Shown here: piece after piece, positions 61,861 through 64,000 of the stretch | How the letters are laid out: each line of letters starts with the position of its first letter | Position numbering within the stretch: position 1 is the first letter of the stretch | From: Negaprion brevirostris | Lineage: Eukaryota | Assembly (NCBI GenBank): GCA_030324005.1 | Contig: JARDVH010000193.1 | Coordinates: 39,189,696 to 39,253,695 of the forward strand | DNA length: 64,000 bases | Direction of reading: 5' to 3' | Notes under the pieces: generated by a model | What the model saw: the letters and a program-made list of their open reading frames with translations, nothing else | What the model was told of the DNA's origin: nothing | Databases searched by the model: none | Translations under genes and position numbers: made by a program

Positions 61861-63040
61861 TTTTTTTCTGTTGCAACTTTTAAGTTTCAAGATGCAGAAT
61901 TCCTTAGCTTCATTCATTGAAGGTGTTGCTTGAATTAATTTTAATGTAGTCACTGAGTTTCAAAATGGACTAGTCTTAGATGCTCCAGGTTGTCTCTGTG
62001 CATCTGTCTCTGTATGAAAGCATTGTGGACTGCAGGTAGGTAATTACCTCAGATGTTCATATTAGCCTAGATTTTGGAGTCACTATTTGCAGCGAAGGGA
62101 TGGGGCTTACTGTTGACTTCAAATCTGCCAACAAAGATCTAGCATCTGTGTTGTCGATTTCCCCCAAGCCAATGCCAATTTCATTCTGACACCACGGGAA
62201 ATCTTTGGTATCCATGAACAGCGGACACCAAAGCTGGCTGAGGAGCCTATGAAAGTTGTAGAATTCTAACCAACAGCATATGTAAACTATATGTAATATT
62301 TTAATATGTAAATAAGAATATAAATTTTAATATATAAAAATATGTTTTTTAAAAAAACATATTTTTGCTGTTAAAAACAATTGAGATTGAGATGCCTTAT
62401 TGAATGTGGTGCGATTACATTTTCAATGTTGTACCAGGTCGTAATTACTCTCCGCCTCAAAAGTCTAATTTTAGAATCAAGCAATGTCATGTCCATCATT
62501 TCATGATAAAAACTTTAAAAAATCTTTTAATATTGATTTTTAATGTATATTTGTGATATTTCAGCTTTTACCTTAAATCTCATGTGTCTGTCCTGATCTT
62601 TATTTTGCTCTATAAAATGATTATGAAGTGAATTGATGATCAGTGCTTTTTACTTTCTGATTTTCTGTTTGTGAGAATTCTTTAACCTGACAGGCTCCTC
62701 AGCCTGTTTGATGTCGGGCGTCCCCCATAGCTGGTGCCTGAATTCAATTGGTATTGAAATAGACAGAACAGACCTTGTAGACCTTTGCAAATTTGTAGTC
62801 AATAGTGGACTCCACTCCTTCATTGCTAACTACAAAATCTAGGCCAATGTGAATGTCCAGGATAATTACTTACCTGCAGTCCACAGTGCATTCGTACAGA
62901 GATAGATACGTAGAAGCATCTAAGACTAGGCCATTTTAGAACTTGTTGACTACATTAAAATAATTTCAAACAACACCCTTAATGAATGAAGCTACGGAAC
63001 TCTGCATCTTAAAAATTAAAAGTTGAAGGAAAAAAAAGGG
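61856..63040. repeat. Fold-back structure: ~290 bp imperfect inverted arms around an AT-rich core, including a MITE-like element (62064-62845)
   Basis: 61856-62150 is the reverse complement of 62775-63040 (about 80% in the outer 200 bp). Inner TIRs AGCCTAGATTTTG / CAAAATCTAGGCC. Confidence 0.9.
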
Positions 63041-64000
63041 TAACAATCCCATTCCTTCAAAGGGCAGAAGCATATTGAAAATTTGAGATGTGATCTGCAT
63101 AGAATACCAAGTATATGAAATGTCTCATTATTATTTTTATGGCTTTTACAACTATTCAATCCAGGACTAATGCTTTGAAAACACTGTTACGGCTTTACAG
63201 CTTTAAAATTAGCTTCAGATTCTTACCTTCATTTCTCTCAACTTGTGTATTACCCAACTTGGAAACCATATTATGCATCCACTCTCGTTCTTTCTCTATT
63301 AATCCTTATAGATGTTCAAATCATTGAAATGCAGAGACACTTAATGTCACAAAAGTGCCTTAGCACTGCTGTCTTTTTTATATATTAATTGTCAGGAAAA
63401 GACAGTAACAAGTGCATAAAGTAGGTGTTTATCCCTTGAAAAGGATTTCTTCCTGATGTTGCAGACCCTATCAGGTTTGCTCGCAGAGTTTTGCAGCCTG
63501 ACAAAATCAACACCTCCGCTAATTAACTGCCAACAAAGCTCCAATGTTAGTAAAGCAAAAGACAAGTCACAGAATAAATTACAGCTTCAAACTTTTTTTG
63601 ATCAAATTTTTTGCCCAGCAATTTTGTTCTTGAAAGTTTAGTTTTCTTGGCCAAATTCCCAATTGCCTGTTCTGCTCTGATGTTGTTCTGTGTTGTGAGT
63701 GATGCGTAACATGGCTGACATTATCAACTGATGCCATGTGCGACAAGATCTCTGTATGGAAAATATTTTGATTCACAAACCAAAATAAAAACAGAATTTC
63801 AGAGTAACTGGCAGCCAAATTAGCTGTTGTTTGTGGTAACAAATAATATCAGCTACAAAACTTAAAACTGACAACTCACTATACTTTTTTGACCACCAAC
63901 CTGCGTATAATTTTGAAATCTGGACCCAGCTTAGAAATCGACAAAAGAATGATTTGCATTTATATAACATCTTTTGCAACATTTTCAGGTGTTTTATAAC

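Noticed and set aside
1-64000. Six-frame ORFs of 60-205 aa as host genes
   Set aside because: They are SINE/LINE-derived (e.g. MAQWLALLPHS...), span N-gaps or have random composition. None resembles a cellular protein I recognise.

Overview
Non-coding, repeat-rich vertebrate DNA. The repeat families point to an elasmobranch, probably a carcharhiniform shark, and the many N-gaps indicate a gapped draft assembly. No intact protein-coding gene, real tRNA/rRNA gene or CRISPR array is visible. The window holds about 16 HE1/V-type tRNA-SINEs with two different 3' tails, DeuSINE (SacSINE1-like) SINEs, CR1, L2 and Rex1 LINE fragments, and a decayed Gypsy LTR element (1-2667). It also has three PIF/Harbinger remnants (intron-containing Myb/SANT gene and/or HARBI1-like transposase), many Harbinger-type MITEs, and Penelope-type hairpin elements carrying minimal hammerhead-ribozyme motifs. 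The most unusual structures are a ~390 bp templated inverted duplication inserted in a CR1 (55687-57798), a ~1.2 kb fold-back whose arms extend past the TIRs of an internal MITE (61856-63040), and a 2.2 kb block bounded by same-family CR1 ends that appears to split an LTR (11091-13550). I found no clearly new biological system. Family names come from recalled consensus features, not database searches; boundaries are approximate (about 10-30 bp) and identities were estimated by eye.
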